DNA of 33,102 bases from Octopus bimaculoides (taxonomy: Eukaryota). Below are positions 10,891 through 23,717 of this stretch, piece by piece. Under the pieces are notes generated by a model. The model did not search any database. It saw only the letters and a list, made by a program, of their open reading frames with translations, and had not been told where the DNA came from. The stretch is from positions 10,166,427 through 10,199,528 of the forward strand of contig NC_068984.1 in the NCBI RefSeq assembly GCF_001194135.2, read 5' to 3'. Both the position numbers and the translations under genes were made by a program. Within the stretch, counting starts at the first letter, position 1; every line of letters starts with the position of its first letter.

Positions 10891-11321
10891 TTTCTTAAAC
10901 TGAATCTTGTGATGAGAGGTGGATTTTAGCATTCCAGGTCACCACCATCTTTGTCTTCTTTCCAGGTGCTCCCACCCTATGTAATTCAGGGTAGCCATTT
11001 ATCTCCTCAATAGCACAACACCTTTGCCTGTCCTTCAGTCATACTTTGGTCTCTCACCTGGTATAAATCCACTTCCCTCTCTCCTACAGCCCCACTCAGT
11101 CGAGGTGGGTGGGTCTTTTCCTTGTCTTGTGAGTCACTTGGTGGACATAACTTATGCTGGTGCTATGTAAAAAGCACCCACCACATTCAGGGAATGGTTG
11201 GCATTAGGAAGGACATCCTGTTGTTGAATCCATGCCAAAGTAGACTTTGGATCTTGGTGCAGTCATCTGGCTTGTTTGGTTCTCGTCAAACTGAACACTC
11301 CAAGACAGATGTTAAATGATG

Positions 11322-11727
11322 GGGGCTAATGCAGTTTTCTCGCCTCTCCTTGAAAAATGCATTTGTCTGAAAAAACTTTTTCAGATCTCTGTTTTAAATG
11401 TCAGGGATTACGAATATGCAAAAAAGTTGACGAACATATGCAAATCGAAATTAAATACAGACAAAAAACATTAAAGTGAAAAGAATTTGCATTTTACTTG
11501 TGTACCTCAAATAATTGTAAATAATAATTTAATGAAAATTAAATATTTACCATTTTATGAGAAACAAACATTAATATGTAATAATNNNNNNNNNNGGCTC
11601 AAAGGGTTTTTTTTTTGGTTTTTTTTTTTTTGCATATTCGTAATCTCTGACATCTAAAACGTAGGGATCCGAAAAAAATTTTTCCCCAAAATACATTTTT
11701 CAAGAAGTGCAAAACTGCATTAACCCC
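11322..11727. mobile_element. MITE/foldback with ~100-bp imperfect TIRs, superfamily unassigned
   Basis: ggggctaatgcagtttt...gattacgaatatgcaaaa (11322-~11425) is inverted at ~11626-11727 (ttttgcatattcgtaatc...aaaactgcattaacccc). No TSD recognised; contains a 10-N gap. Confidence 0.8.
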
Positions 11728-13919
11728 AAAGGACGATCTTGATTATATCTTTTTGCTGCTTGTCTTTTGGCTAAGCAGACTCAGACAGGTTTGCCTAACA
11801 CAACTACGACTATAAATAGCATCTTGTCAGTCAGTGGTTGAAGTGGCACCATTTTATCGTTGGTTCTTAACCTTTATAACTTTGCTCACACTTCTTCAGA
11901 CAATTACTAAATTTATTACTCCCTCAACTTTATTCATAAGTTTTTATGGCTTATTTTTCTACTCAGACATATTGACTTTCCTTTGCTGGAAATTTCTTCC
12001 TTTGCAATGCGGTTGCAACACATTTTCCTACTTCATGGTACCACCCTTAATTCTTGAAAGCCAATAAGGAAGCTTCTGTGTGGCCATTTGATTTGTTAGA
12101 AATAGCAGCCAGATCTCATTCAACCTTTACCCTTTTTCCTTTGTAGAGCTGTTGGATCTCCATTTTCCTACTCTTAGTATAAGAAACCTTACAGACCAAT
12201 AAGAGATCCTCTGTGTGGCCATTTGGTTTACTAGAAACAACAGCCAAATCTCATTCAAACTCATTTTGAAGACACTTTGAATAGCGTAGTCCTTGGTACA
12301 CTAGGTTTGCAAAATGACAGATGATCATAGCTGTAATTCTCTTGTTTTTTGTTATTGTTTAGTCAAAAGAGAAGGCATTGCTCATGACCCCTTATAGGTT
12401 TCCTGACACTGGTGAGAGGAAGGAAGATATCTTTAAACCAGAGACCTGGTCTGAATACTTGTAACAGAATGGGTTCCAATAAAAGCACCAAACTGTCTGG
12501 TGGCAGTGGTGGTGTTAATCTGGATGATGGATTAAGGAATGTTTATTTAATTACACTCCTTCAAACTGCTTTAACAAAAAATAAACTGCTTTAACAATAT
12601 ATTAAAATTACAGAATTCCAAAAACCATTTCAGTGACCCCTGAGTACAACAGCCAATGTTGTTTATATTTATTAAAAAAAACAATGTAATATCCCTACAA
12701 ATTTGATAACACAAAAGGCTGTAAATCTTAAATACAAACATTGAAGCAGGCACTTAAAAAAAAAAATTAAATAATCATTTTAAACAATAGAGTGTGAAAC
12801 CGCACATCACCAATGTAAACTGGAGTAGTGCGACACTGCTTTTCTGGGAATTGAAACCACAGTCTTGTGATTGTGAATGCAACATGATGATGATTGTAAC
12901 ACACTGTTGAAACACTGCTTTTGTGTTAATTAATTTTTAAAATAATGAAGAATTTAATAAAATAACTTAACCATTATTCAGCTGATGGTTTGAAACAACA
13001 TAAAACTGTGATAGAATGTTCTAATTCAGATAATTTTAAATAGAAAGTTTGTGTATCATAGAACCAAGGATGGCCTCTGATTGGTTGGTATCTAAAGAAT
13101 TAAGAGGTCCACAAGGATTGTGTTTCTTATATGGGTGGGTGACTGGGATTGAAAAGGGGATGGACGATTTGCCATAAAATTGATAAAACATTTGAAACCT
13201 GTCCACTTCTGTGGCAGAGGACGACTTGTATGGATGCAGACTTTGATAAAGAGGGCAGGGAATTTCAGTAATTTAATTTGGTCGATGATGATGATGGTAG
13301 TAGTGGTTGTAGGGAACCATTGCATTGGAATGACATTGATTTGACATTGAAATAAGGAATATCTGACTCGCTGTGTTGAATCAACACCTATTGTTTACTG
13401 TAGAGTTACATAGAGTTGGGGAAGGAAGTCTGCATAATTAGAATTTAAATGTAGTTTTGTTTGTAAATAACACTGCAAATTCACATCAATATATTTCATG
13501 AAGACTCTATATAAAAGAAGTGTCAATCATTATTATCATTATTATTACTATTATTATTAGGATTGTTTAGATTAAGTTTGACATAAGACAACCTTGGTGC
13601 AACACGACAGTAATTTTGCACTTCTTTTGCAACCTTGGTCTGTTGGTGGTCTGATGAAGCTGTCAGAAATTGTGTTATCTCATTGTTGGCATTAAGCCCA
13701 AGGTAGCGATCTGTTAATTCAATAAAAATAGAATTTACTGTGATGTTAATGAGATTTGTCGAAGCTTCAGTAGTCTTTGATTTTGCGAAGATTCTTGATA
13801 CTGTTGTCAAAGGAGTTTGTCTTATTTAGCCACTTTCCAAAGTATTTAGAAATCTACTATGACAGTACAAATGATTTTTCTCTCTCTCTGTCTCTCTCTC
13901 TCTCTTTCTNNNNNNNNNN

Positions 13920-13975
<56 letters not shown>

Positions 13976-14723
13976 TCAATGTCTATCTTTGATGCTAGTA
14001 TGGGTTAGATAGGATCTGATGGGTTTGTAGACTGCAAAACAGACATGCTCCAATGTCTGTTTTGGAATGGTTTATATGGCTGAGTACCTCTTCCCAATGT
14101 TATTCACCTTATAGTGTGTACTGGGGCGAAAACAAGCCATACCTGTAATTCAGAAGGGTCAGCCTTGTCACATTCTGTGCCATGCTGAATCTTCCTGGAA
14201 ACTACATTAAGATTATGCATGCCTGTGGAGTACTCAGCCATTTACATGTTATTTTCCTTGTTCTGTTGATCAAATCAACCGGAACACTTGTAATCCTTGT
14301 AACCAACGAAGTGCCAATGTATTGGATACCTTTTTTCATGGCACCAGCATCGGGGAGGTTGCCATGTAGCTCTCAGAACTAGGATCTCAGACAGTTTTAT
14401 GCCAAGTGAGGATTAGCAAGAGTATGAAAGAAGAGGCTGGAACAGGTTTCTTGCTGTAGAATGGATATATGTCTATCTCACATTGTATAAGAGTGGGTGG
14501 GAGTAATTGAAGTGGAGCTGGAGAAGGGAGATAAAGGTAGTGGTGCTAGGTAGGCCTTGGAGTAAGAGAAACAAGAAGTGTGCATGGTAGAGGTTGCAGA
14601 AAAGTGAGGGATAATCAGAGAATTGGTAAGGTGTGTGCATGGCTGTGAGTTTAAGGAGGTTAGTGTCAGGAGGTTTAGTGTCAGGAAGGCCATTCAGATG
14701 CATAGACTTTGCTGAAGTAGACA

Positions 14724-14954
14724 GTGGAGCTGGCAGAATTGTTAGCATGCCCGGCTAAATGCTTAGCGGTATTTTGTCTGCCGTTATGTTCTGAGTTCAA
14801 ATTACACCAAAGTTGACTTTGTCTTTCATCCTTTTGGGGTTGATAAATTAAGTACCAGTTAAGCACTGGGGTCGATGTAATTGACTTAATCCCTTTGTCT
14901 GTCCTTATTTGTCCCCTCTGCGTTTAGCTCCTTGTGGGCAGTAAAGAAATAAGA
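14724..14954 (+). mobile_element. tRNA-headed SINE (family B)
   Basis: Head tggcagaattgttagc...ctgagttcaaatt, central gttgactttgtctttcatccttttggggttgataaattaagtaccag. Relatives at 1545-1690 (+), 5660-5885 (-), 17275-17460 (-) and 29190-29265 (+). Confidence 0.8.
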
Positions 14955-15666
14955 CAGTGGAGAGGATGCAGTCCTTGGGCCTGTTAGATCTATCTAATTG
15001 TCCAACCTGTGCCAGTATGGAGCATGGGTGTTAAATGTTGACAACGATGGCACACAAGTGCACATCACCATTATCATCTTCATCATTTAGCTTCTGTTTT
15101 TCATGCTAGCATGTGGTGGACGGCTGGACAGGGGCTGGCAAGGCCAGAGGCCTCACCAGGCTCCGATTGTCTGTTTTGGCCTGGTTTCTACAGCTGGATG
15201 CCCTTCCTAATGCCAACTACTTAACAGAGGGTATTGGACGCATTTTACATGGCACCAGTGCTTTTTATGTGACATCAGCACCAGTGCCTTTTAAATGGCA
15301 CCAGCACCAGTGCTTTCTATGTGACACCAGCATCCACACAAATGCTCTTTTATGTGACCCCTTGGTTTTAGAATACCCACAAATGAATTAATGTATATGC
15401 ATAAAAGTGCATGCCCTGTCGACACGCGTGCATGCACATGCATATACACACATTTAACCAAACACTTCACATTTTTAGACGCCAAAAGTCAAGTATCTCT
15501 GCAAGCAACCATCTCAGGCCAAATGCCATTTTAATCTGTCCCCCCTATCTTTCTCTGTTTCTTTCCTCTCCCTCTCTCTCTCCCTCTGTCTTTCTTTCTT
15601 TCTCTTACTCTTCCATGTTTCATTGAAATTGTGTTGAATCATGGTGAATAGAAAAATTGGTTTGTG

Positions 15667-15702
<36 letters not shown>

Positions 15703-15825
15703 AGTGAGAGAGGCAAGTGGCTTAATGTGAAGACTTCGGGTATTGTATTTTCATAAGAGAATAATATCTGCTTCATTTATATCTGGTGTGCTTTCCATGG
15801 ACATTTTTATTTTTTATATATAAGT

Positions 15826-15945
15826 CATCATCATCATCATCGTTTAACGTCCGCCTTCCATGCTAGCATGGGTTGGACGATTTGACTGAGGACTGGTGAA
15901 ACCGGATGGCAACACCAGGCTCCAATCTAATTTGGCAGAGCTGAC
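15826..15945 (-). mobile_element. Family A repeat 3' part
   Basis: (CAT)n cgtttaacgtccgccttccatgctagcatggg... Confidence 0.8.
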
Positions 15946-16439
15946 AAATACATTTCATATTGTNNNNNNNNNNNNNNNNNNNNNNNNNNNNNNNNNNNNN
16001 NNNNNNNNNNNNNNNNNNNNNNNNNNNNNNNNNNNNNNNNNNNNNNNNNNNNNNNNNNNNNNNNNNNNNNNNNNNNNNNNNNNNNNNNNNNNNNNNNNNN
16101 NNNNNNNNNNNNNNNNNNNNNNNNNNNNNNNNNNNNNNNNNNNNNNNNNNNNNNNNNNNNNNNNNNNNNNNNNNNNNNNNNNNNNNNNNNNNNNNNNNNN
16201 NNNNNNNNNNNNNNNNNNNNNNNNNNNNNNNNNNNNNNNNNNNNNNNNNNNNNNNNNNNNNNNNNNNNNNNNNNNNNNNNNNNTTTTTTTTTTTTTTTCC
16301 CTCTCTCTGGCACTTGCTATTTGGTGATTGAAAACTGCAATATTATCTCTGAATCGGAATGTGATGTGAAGTGAGGATAGATGAGTAGGTAGGGGTGGCT
16401 GGGTGGGAAGGCTTTAGTGATAGTGACCATTATTTGCCG

Positions 16440-16650
16440 CCACTGCCAATACCATCATCACCATCATGATCGGCGTCATTGCCATCCCCCCCCCCACCAC
16501 CACCGTCACCATTGCCATCATCATCATCATCAGTACCAACATCATCAACACCACCGCCATCACTCTCACCACCTCCATCATCATCACACCCCTATTAGTC
16601 ACCTCCGTCATCATCACCACCATCGCCACCACCACTGTCATCATCATAAT
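16440..16650. repeat. Imperfect (CAT/CAC)n microsatellite
   Basis: Direct reading; source of His-, Met- and Ile-rich pseudo-ORFs. Confidence 0.9.
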
Positions 16651-17609
16651 CCTCAGCATTGCCAGCAGAATTTACTGTTAAATAACATTTCTCATCTGAG
16701 TTTTCCGACCATGGCTCTATTACTAAATTTCCGTCTGACACCTAATTCTAAAAACCATTAATTTCCTCATAATCAGTAAATGATTGATTGATTTTAAATG
16801 AGGGGATTGTGGTTATTTTTCTTTCAATTTAAAGAAAATTTTGTTCTTAAATATTTTTTCTCTCATTAATCTCGGATTTGTGCTGAAAGTTGGTGACATC
16901 CCAACAGAAATCCATCTTCTGGGTCTAACTTTGCCTTCCTTGGATGAACAGACACAAAATACTTCAGCAAAAAGCCCTCTGGGTCAGTGTCTTGTAACTG
17001 CTGTGCAAGTTAGAATTTCAATATGCTCCCACCCACTGCATTAAACATGTTAACACTAACTTAACTGTTATTCTTCATGCAGATGGCATCACCAAGTTTT
17101 TTTTGTTTTTACAGTCTTGTTTCTATGTAACCATTATACAATCTCATGTATTTACTTTATGCTCCATTACTACAAAAGCTAGTTTTGTGAAGTTTATGCG
17201 TCTCTGATGAGGTCATAATAAGCCTGAAATATGTCTCGAGGTATCACATGTTTTGAAATAATTGTTTCAAATTTTTTCGACAAGGGCAACTTGGGGGAGC
17301 TGAGGATGAGTCGATTACATTGACCCCAGTACTCAACTGGTACCTATTTTATCAACCCCGAAAGGATGAAAGGCAAAGTCGACCTCGGTGGAATTTGAGC
17401 TCAACATAAAGATTGGCGAAATATTACAATGCATAACGATTCTGTCAGTTCATTGCCATATTGAAATAATAAAAATAATTACTTAGCCTACCCCAGTGTT
17501 GCATAACTAGCCCATTTAAAAAGTACCTTTGAATTGTCGGGCGACATGTTGTGCTTGAAGAGACCTATTGAGTTAAGTAAAAATAAAATCAAAAATCAAA
17601 TCATAATCA

Positions 17610-18035
17610 AATGGAAATTGTAGTTGTGGCTGATGCCAGTGCCACCACTGGCTCCCATGCTGGTGGCACACAATAAGCACCATTCATGTGTGGGTTGTTG
17701 CCAGTGCCGCCTGATTAGCTCCCCATGCCCGTAGCACATAAAAATAACCATCCGAACTTGTTTGATGCCAGCCCTCTGTCTCGACTGGCTCCTGTTCCGG
17801 TAGCACGTAAAATGCACCATCCGAATGCCAGTACCCGCTGACTGGCCCTCATGCCAGTGGCACGTAAAAAGTACCTACTACATTCTCGGGGTGGTTGGCG
17901 TTAGGGAAGGGCATCCAGCTGTAGAAACCTTTCCACATCAGATTGGAGCCTGGAGTGGCCTCCTGGCTTGCCAGTCCTCAGTGAAACCGTCCAACCCATA
18001 CCAGAACACAAAACAGACGTTAAACGATAATGATG
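17610..18035 (+). mobile_element. Family A repeat with hairpin array
   Basis: Several gccagt...actggc units, then core and tail. Confidence 0.8.
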
Positions 18036-18589
18036 ATTATATTTGTTGCAGTTGTCTAACCCATGCTAGCATAGAAAAACGAATGACTAATGTTTCCCAC
18101 ATAAGATATCTTAACACTAACTTAACTATTATTCTACTGGCGTTGGTTTTTACTATCTTTCTAGGTTAGACATTTTATTTTAATCTTCTCAATACATTTC
18201 TCTGGAGAATTTGTTATCAAAATTTTCAAGAAACTTATCCTATGCAAGCCTAGCGGTTCATCTCTCATCGGTTTTATGCTATGAAATTTTGTTTTTCTTT
18301 TTTTTCCTTCCACTATTTGATTAGCATGATGACCATATCTTCTTCACAAAGTGAAGATTGCATAATAAGTAGTTTGTTTTTATTCCTTTTTAGTTTTACT
18401 TCTCAGAGTCAGAAAATAGTTCTGGCTTAAAATGCTACTAAAATTATATAAACATACCTTATGCAGAATTTACCAATCTCCCTCCCTTTCCATTTCTCTC
18501 TCTCTCTCTCACACACACACACAAGGAGTGAACAACATTTAGATTACAGCCATCTTCATCATTGTCTTTATTATTTAATGTCTATATTA

Positions 18590-19277
18590 AACAGCACCAT
18601 CTGAGTGGGATCACTGCCAGAGCAGCAGTCTCGCTCCTGTGGTGGCACATAAAAAGCACCATTTGAGTGTGATCGTTTCCAGCTTCGCCTNNNNNNNNNN
18701 NNNNNNNNNNNNNNNNNNNNNNNNNNNNNNNNNNNNNNNNNNNNNNNNNNNNNNNNNNNNNNNNNNNNNNNNNNNNNNNNNNNNNNNNNNNNNNNNNNNN
18801 NNNNNNNNNNNNNNNNNNNNNNNNNNNNNNNNNNNNNNNNNNNNNNNNNNNNNNNNNNNNNNNNNNNNNNNNNNNNNNNNNNNNNNNNNNNNNNNNNNNN
18901 NNNNNNNNNNNNNNNNNNNNNNNNNNNNNNNNNNNNNNNNNNNNNNNNNNNNNNNNNNNNNNNNNNNNNNNNNNNNNNNNNNNNNNNNNNNNNNNNNNNN
19001 NNNNNNNNNNNNNNNNNNNNNNNNNNNNNNNNNNNNNNNNNNNNNNNNNNNNNNNNNNNNNNNNNNNNNNNNNNNNNNNNNNNNNNNNNNNNNNNNNNNN
19101 NNNNNNNNNNNNNNNNNNNNNNNNNNNNNNNACCATTTTGAGCATGGCCATTGCCAGTACCGCCTGACTGGCCCTTGTGCCAGATTGGAGTTTGGTGTAG
19201 CCATCTGGTTCGCCAGTCCTCAGTCAAATCGTCCAACCCATGCTAGCATGGAAAGCGGATGTTAAATGATGATGATG
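18590..19277 (+). mobile_element. Family A repeat spanning an N gap
   Basis: Array units on both sides of the gap, partial core and (GAT)n tail at ~19262-19277. Confidence 0.65.
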
Positions 19278-19827
19278 TATGTATATGTATATGTTTGTGT
19301 GTCTGTGTTTGTCCCCCCAACCATCGCTTGACAACCGATGCTGGTGTGTTTACGTCCCTGTAACTTAGCGGTTCAATATGAGAAACCGATAGAACAAGTA
19401 CTAGGCTTACAAAAAATAAGTCCTGGGGTTGGTTTGTTCAACTAAAGGCGGTGCTCCAGCATGGCCACAGTCAAATAACTGAAACAAATAAAAGAATAAA
19501 AGAATGATTGTTTTAATTTAGATCACTTTAAAACAGTTTGTATCACAGCAACAAGGGTGGTTGGTCATAGGTGGCATGGCAGCAAAAAAGATAAACTTGT
19601 CTGCTGTTTAATTTATTAATCTTCAACTAAAATCTGGATTTAACAAAGTCAGTTCCAACAATAACATTTTTGGAAATAGGACACCCAGACATTTTTTTCC
19701 TTCAAAAGTTCAGTAATAATTAACTAATCTTTTTACAATAGTTTTAAATTTCATTAAATTGGTTTTGATATTAATTTTTTTCTTCTTTTTTGCATTATTA
19801 ATTATGAATTATTTTCCATTTTTGCAG

Positions 19828-19972
19828 CCAAAAGTTGTCTTCAACCAAGTCCGATGGCTCAACTTACAAGAATACCAAAGCAAAATGCTAATGGCCGACT
19901 ATGGCATTAATGTACAAAAGAACTGTGTTGCTGACACTGCTAAGAATTCTAGTTCTTTAGCCAAGAGTCTCA
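19828..19972 (+). CDS. SUCLG2: SUCLG2 internal exon (first found; end of transit peptide and start of mature protein)
   Basis: tttttgcag acceptor and A|gtgagt donor; 145 nt, phase 0 to 1. Encodes PKVVFNQVRWLNLQEYQSKMLMADYGINVQKNCVADTAKNSSSLAKSL. RWLNLQEYQSK is typical of the GDP-forming beta subunit (the ADP-forming one has LSLHEY). Confidence 0.95.
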
Positions 19973-20751
19973 GTGAGTTTTATCTTTATTTTTTACCTGT
20001 TGTGTGTGATGGAACCTCTTTTTTTTCTTCTTTTTTTTGGCTCTATAGTGGGGTGAAGGCATTTGGCCTAATGGTTAGGGTGTTGCACTCAAAATTGCAA
20101 GATAGAGGTTTCAATTCCTGGACTAAGCAGTGCATTGTGTTCTTGAGCAAAACACTTCATTTGATGTTGCTCTGGTTCACTCGACTGTCAGAGAGTAACC
20201 CTCTGGACTGGAGTTCTGTTCAAGAGGAATGTCTTGATTTTGGCCATTTATGCAGCATAAATGACCAAAACCGGGCCTGTGAGTCCTAGGATTCAAGGCT
20301 TAATTTACTTTTCTTTCTTTCTTGCCCTTTTTTAAAGCCTAGCCAGGCTCATGGGCCTGGTTTCCCAGTTTCTATGGCGTATGTGTTCCCCCCCCCCCNN
20401 NNNNNNNNNNNNNNNNNNNNNNNNNNNNNNNNNNNNNNNNNNNNNNNNNNNNNNNNNNNNNNNNNNNNNNNNNNNNNNNNNNNNNNNNNNNNNNNNNNNN
20501 NNNNNNNNNNNNNNNNNNNNNNNNNNNNNNNNNNNNNNNNNNNNNNNNNNNNNNNNNNNNNNNNNNNNNNNNNNNNNNNNNNNNNNNNNNNNNNNNNNNN
20601 NNNNNNNNNNNNNNNNNNNNNNNNNNNNNNNNNNNNNNNNNNNNNNNNNNNNNNNNNNNNNNNNNNNNNNNNNNNNNNNNNNNNNNNNNNNNNNNNNNNN
20701 NNNNNNNNNNNNNNNNNNNNNNNNNNNNNNNNNNTTTTTTTTTTTTTTTAA

Positions 20752-21333
20752 CCCTTTAGCATTCAGCTTTCTCTGTCAAATGTAAAGCTTATTTATTAAT
20801 TCTGCCTAAGCAAAGGCGGAGGTGTTGTTTTCAGTTGTGTTTGTTTGTCCGTGGACAAAATATCTCAAGAACCACCGGATGGATTCGGATGAAACTTTCA
20901 GGGATGTTTGGCCTCATCACTGGCTTGAACTAATTAGATTTTGGGATCAATTCAGCACCGGACAAAGATTCTGGATTATTTTTCTGGTTTTTTTAACTTA
21001 ATTTTTGAGCGCGGTCAGATTCATTTTTAGTATTCTCGTTTGTGAGAGCAGTCAAATTTATTTCAGATATTCTTATTTTAAAAATCATCTCTGGCTAATT
21101 GTTGAGAGGTCGTTAGTTCTGCCTTAGCAGAAGTTTGCACTCTCTGAGTGCTCTTGTTCATATTCTTTTTAATTAATCATGTATTATCTTGTAGCTTCAA
21201 GAAATTTGATGAGGTGATTGTTTATACTTAGAATGTCATTGAAAGGTATGTGTGAGAAACCTGACCTGACCAATTTGAATATAAAACAAGCAGAATATTT
21301 AGGCTGGATCTGGTCAGTTTAAATGCTAAAGGG
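20752..21333. mobile_element. piggyBac-like MITE carrying a nested insertion
   Basis: TTAA|ccctttagcatt ... aatgctaaaggg|TTAA (TSDs 20748-20751 and 21334-21337); halves align to the 900-1122 copy. Confidence 0.85.
20793..21158 (+). mobile_element. Non-autonomous Helentron-type (HINE/DINE-like) element
   Basis: 5' ttattaattctgcctaagcaaaggcggagg; 3' subterminal inverted segment ccttagcagaagt followed by hairpin gcactc-tct-gagtgc (21137-21151) and a T-rich end. Architecture recognised from memory. Confidence 0.7.
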
Positions 21334-21618
21334 TTAATGTTTGACGTTGAATAAAGACTTACCAATTTAATGCTTTTATAAAACCATTATATCAGTCTTT
21401 CTATTTTATTTCAAAAATGCTGATATAATACATCTAATCATTGTCTATATAGTGAATTTATCTTATGGTCAATTTTCTTATATGGCGAAATTTCTTATGG
21501 TGAATTTTCTGTACATGAATGATGCTATATCTTGCTGCCTATTTGTGAAACCATTTTGTTTATTCTTGCACTAAAGATGAAATAAATGAAGAATGTATGT
21601 CTTCTGTTTCCTTTATAG

Positions 21619-21721
21619 ATTGTAAAGAATATGTTGTGAAAGCTCAGATATTGGCTGGTGGCCGTGGTAAAGGTGTATTTCAACCAAATGGCTTTAAAGG
21701 AGGTGTCCATTTAACAAAAGA
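21619..21721 (+). CDS. SUCLG2: SUCLG2 exon (ATP-grasp GGRGKG motif); missed by the ORF track
   Basis: ctttatag acceptor and GA|gtaagt donor; 103 nt, phase 1 to 2. Encodes (N)CKEYVVKAQILAGGRGKGVFQPNGFKGGVHLTK, in frame with both neighbours. Confidence 0.97.
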
Positions 21722-22349
21722 GTAAGTATTATGTGTCACTTTTCAAAGTNNNNNNNNNNNNNNNNNNNNNNNNNNNNNNNNNNNNNNNNNNNNNNNNNNN
21801 NNNNNNNNNNNNNNNNNNNNNNNNNNNNNNNNNNNNNNNNNNNNNNNNNNNNNNNNNNNNNNNNNNNNNNNNNNNNNNNNNNNNNNNNNNNNNNNNNNNN
21901 NNNNNNNNNNNNNNNNNNNNNNNNNNNNNNNNNNNNNNNNNNNNNNNNNNNNNNNNNNNNNNNNNNNNNNNNNNNNNNNNNNNNNNNNNNNNNNNNNNNN
22001 NNNNNNNNNNNNNNNNNNNNNNNNNNNNNNNNNNNNNNNNNNNNNNNNNNNNNNNNNNNNNNNNNNNNNNNNNNNNNNNNNNNNNNNNNNNNNNNNNNNN
22101 NNNNNNNNNNNNNNNNNNNNNNNNNNNNNNNNNNNNNNNNNNNNNNNNNNNNNNNNNNNNNNNNNNNNNNNNNNNNNNNNNNNNNNNNNNNNNNNNNNNN
22201 NNNNNNNNNNNNNNNNNNNNNNNNNNNNNNNNNNNNNNNNNNNNNNNNNNNNCCCCTCTCTCTCTCATTCACTCCCTCCCAATGTGTTTTTAGAATCAAT
22301 GATTTGGAATGGTCAGTTCTCTTCTAAAACAAATTATTAAGCAAGAAAG

Positions 22350-22468
22350 CTTTCTTCTTCTTCTTCTTCTTCTTCTTCTCCCCCTCTTCTTCTTCTTCCC
22401 CTCTTCTTCTTCCCCTCTTCTTCTTCTCCTCCCCCTCTTCTTTTTCTTCTTCTTCTTCTCCTCCTCTT
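22350..22468. repeat. (CTT)n / pyrimidine-rich microsatellite
   Basis: Direct reading. Confidence 0.9.
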
Positions 22469-23717
22469 GGATTCACATGAAGTTTTAGGAGAATGTTAAA
22501 AACTTAAGACAGTTCTATTTGTCGAAACTGCCTTTCTCCATTGTTTTTGGTGAAGTGAAAATTAATTAGTAATTAAGGAAAGTTTGGAAGTTAGTAATCA
22601 TTGGTAATCAACTGAAATGAATATTAATTAATAAACAAAGGACATCCAGTATTTATTGGTAGCTGCAGTAGCTTAATAATCATTAGTAAATAAAGTCATC
22701 ATCACCATTTTCCAATGTCCATCGGTTGGATGGTTTGATGTGGCCTGATGGGGCCAAGGGTTGCATCTGACCCCATTTCTTGTGTATTGTTTCTATGGCT
22801 GGTTGCCCTTCTTAAGACCATCCCCTTTTCAGTGTGCACTGTGGGCTTCTTTTTATGGCACCAGCACCAGTGAGGTCACCATGCAGCATGCAAGACTTAA
22901 CATCCCCTTTGTCTGAGTGGGATTACTGTAGAGAGGTGGGGTAGCTTTGTGCTATGAGACAAGGGGTTAAAATGTAAGAGAAGGGATCAGAACAGAACAG
23001 GTTTCTTGCTGTTAAAGAGCTACACAACTATGCGTGTTATTGATGTGAGGGCTGAATACTTCCTACTTGCCTTATGAACTCTTTTCATTTTCACCACACA
23101 TTGAATTAGACTACAGTGTGATGGTAGGAACCATTCTCTTATGGTACAAGTTAAGCACCTTTCATATGGACCCAATGCTGCTATTATATGAATTTCTGAC
23201 CCAGTCATGACAAAAGACGATAAAATTGTTTGTCTGCCAGGGTCTACTCCTTTGAGCCACATACTTCTGCACATCTCTCCTTCAAATCTAATGCCAACTG
23301 CTGAAGTACCCACTCTGCACACATTTTACGACACCCCAAGCCTAGTAGAAAGCGTAAAGTGATTGTTGGGTTCATCATATACATTGTTGTGAAGGCATGT
23401 GGCTTTGAGGTTAAGGATATTTGGCTCACAGTTATAAGATTGTGAGTTCGATTCCTGGTAGTGTGTTGTGTCCTTGGGCAAGATACTTTATTCCATTTTA
23501 CTCTTGTTCCCTCACCTGGCAAAAAGTAGTCGTACCTGTAATTCAAAAAGGCCAACCTTGTCACATTCTGTGTCACACTGAATCACCATGAGAACTATGT
23601 TAAGGGCACACGTGTCTTAGGGAGTGCTCACCCACTTCCACGTTAATTTCATGAGCAGGATGGAACCCTCGTGATCATAACTAAAAGAGTTCCAGTTTTA
23701 GTATACTTGGTTACATG

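Noticed and set aside
13651-13675. CUGAUGA…GAAA spacing
   Set aside because: No stem II with a viable loop, no palindromic stem III and no stem I.
13715-13830. + strand VFDFAKILDTV resembling the LINE RT motif DFxKAFD
   Set aside because: Short frame bounded by stops; the AF residues are missing and spacing to the upstream motif does not fit.
16414-16761. His-, Met- and Ile/Thr-rich ORFs (also 29326-29689)
   Set aside because: Translations of (CAT/CAC)n microsatellite, open in several frames on both strands.
17083-17130. ATG GCA TCA CCA (MASP…) resembling the human SUCLG2 start
   Set aside because: Runs through a T tract to a stop after 15 codons, with no suitable donor and no transit-peptide character.
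17051-18135. 24-bp direct repeat taacactaacttaact(g/a)ttattct at 17051-17074 and 18112-18135 as LTR or TSD
   Set aside because: Too long for a TSD, too short for LTRs, and the interval holds unrelated SINE copies; probably two remnants of an old repeat.
15896-22327. Long ORFs at 15896-16331, 18571-19265, 20351-20785 and 21729-22327
   Set aside because: They are open only because they run through N gaps.
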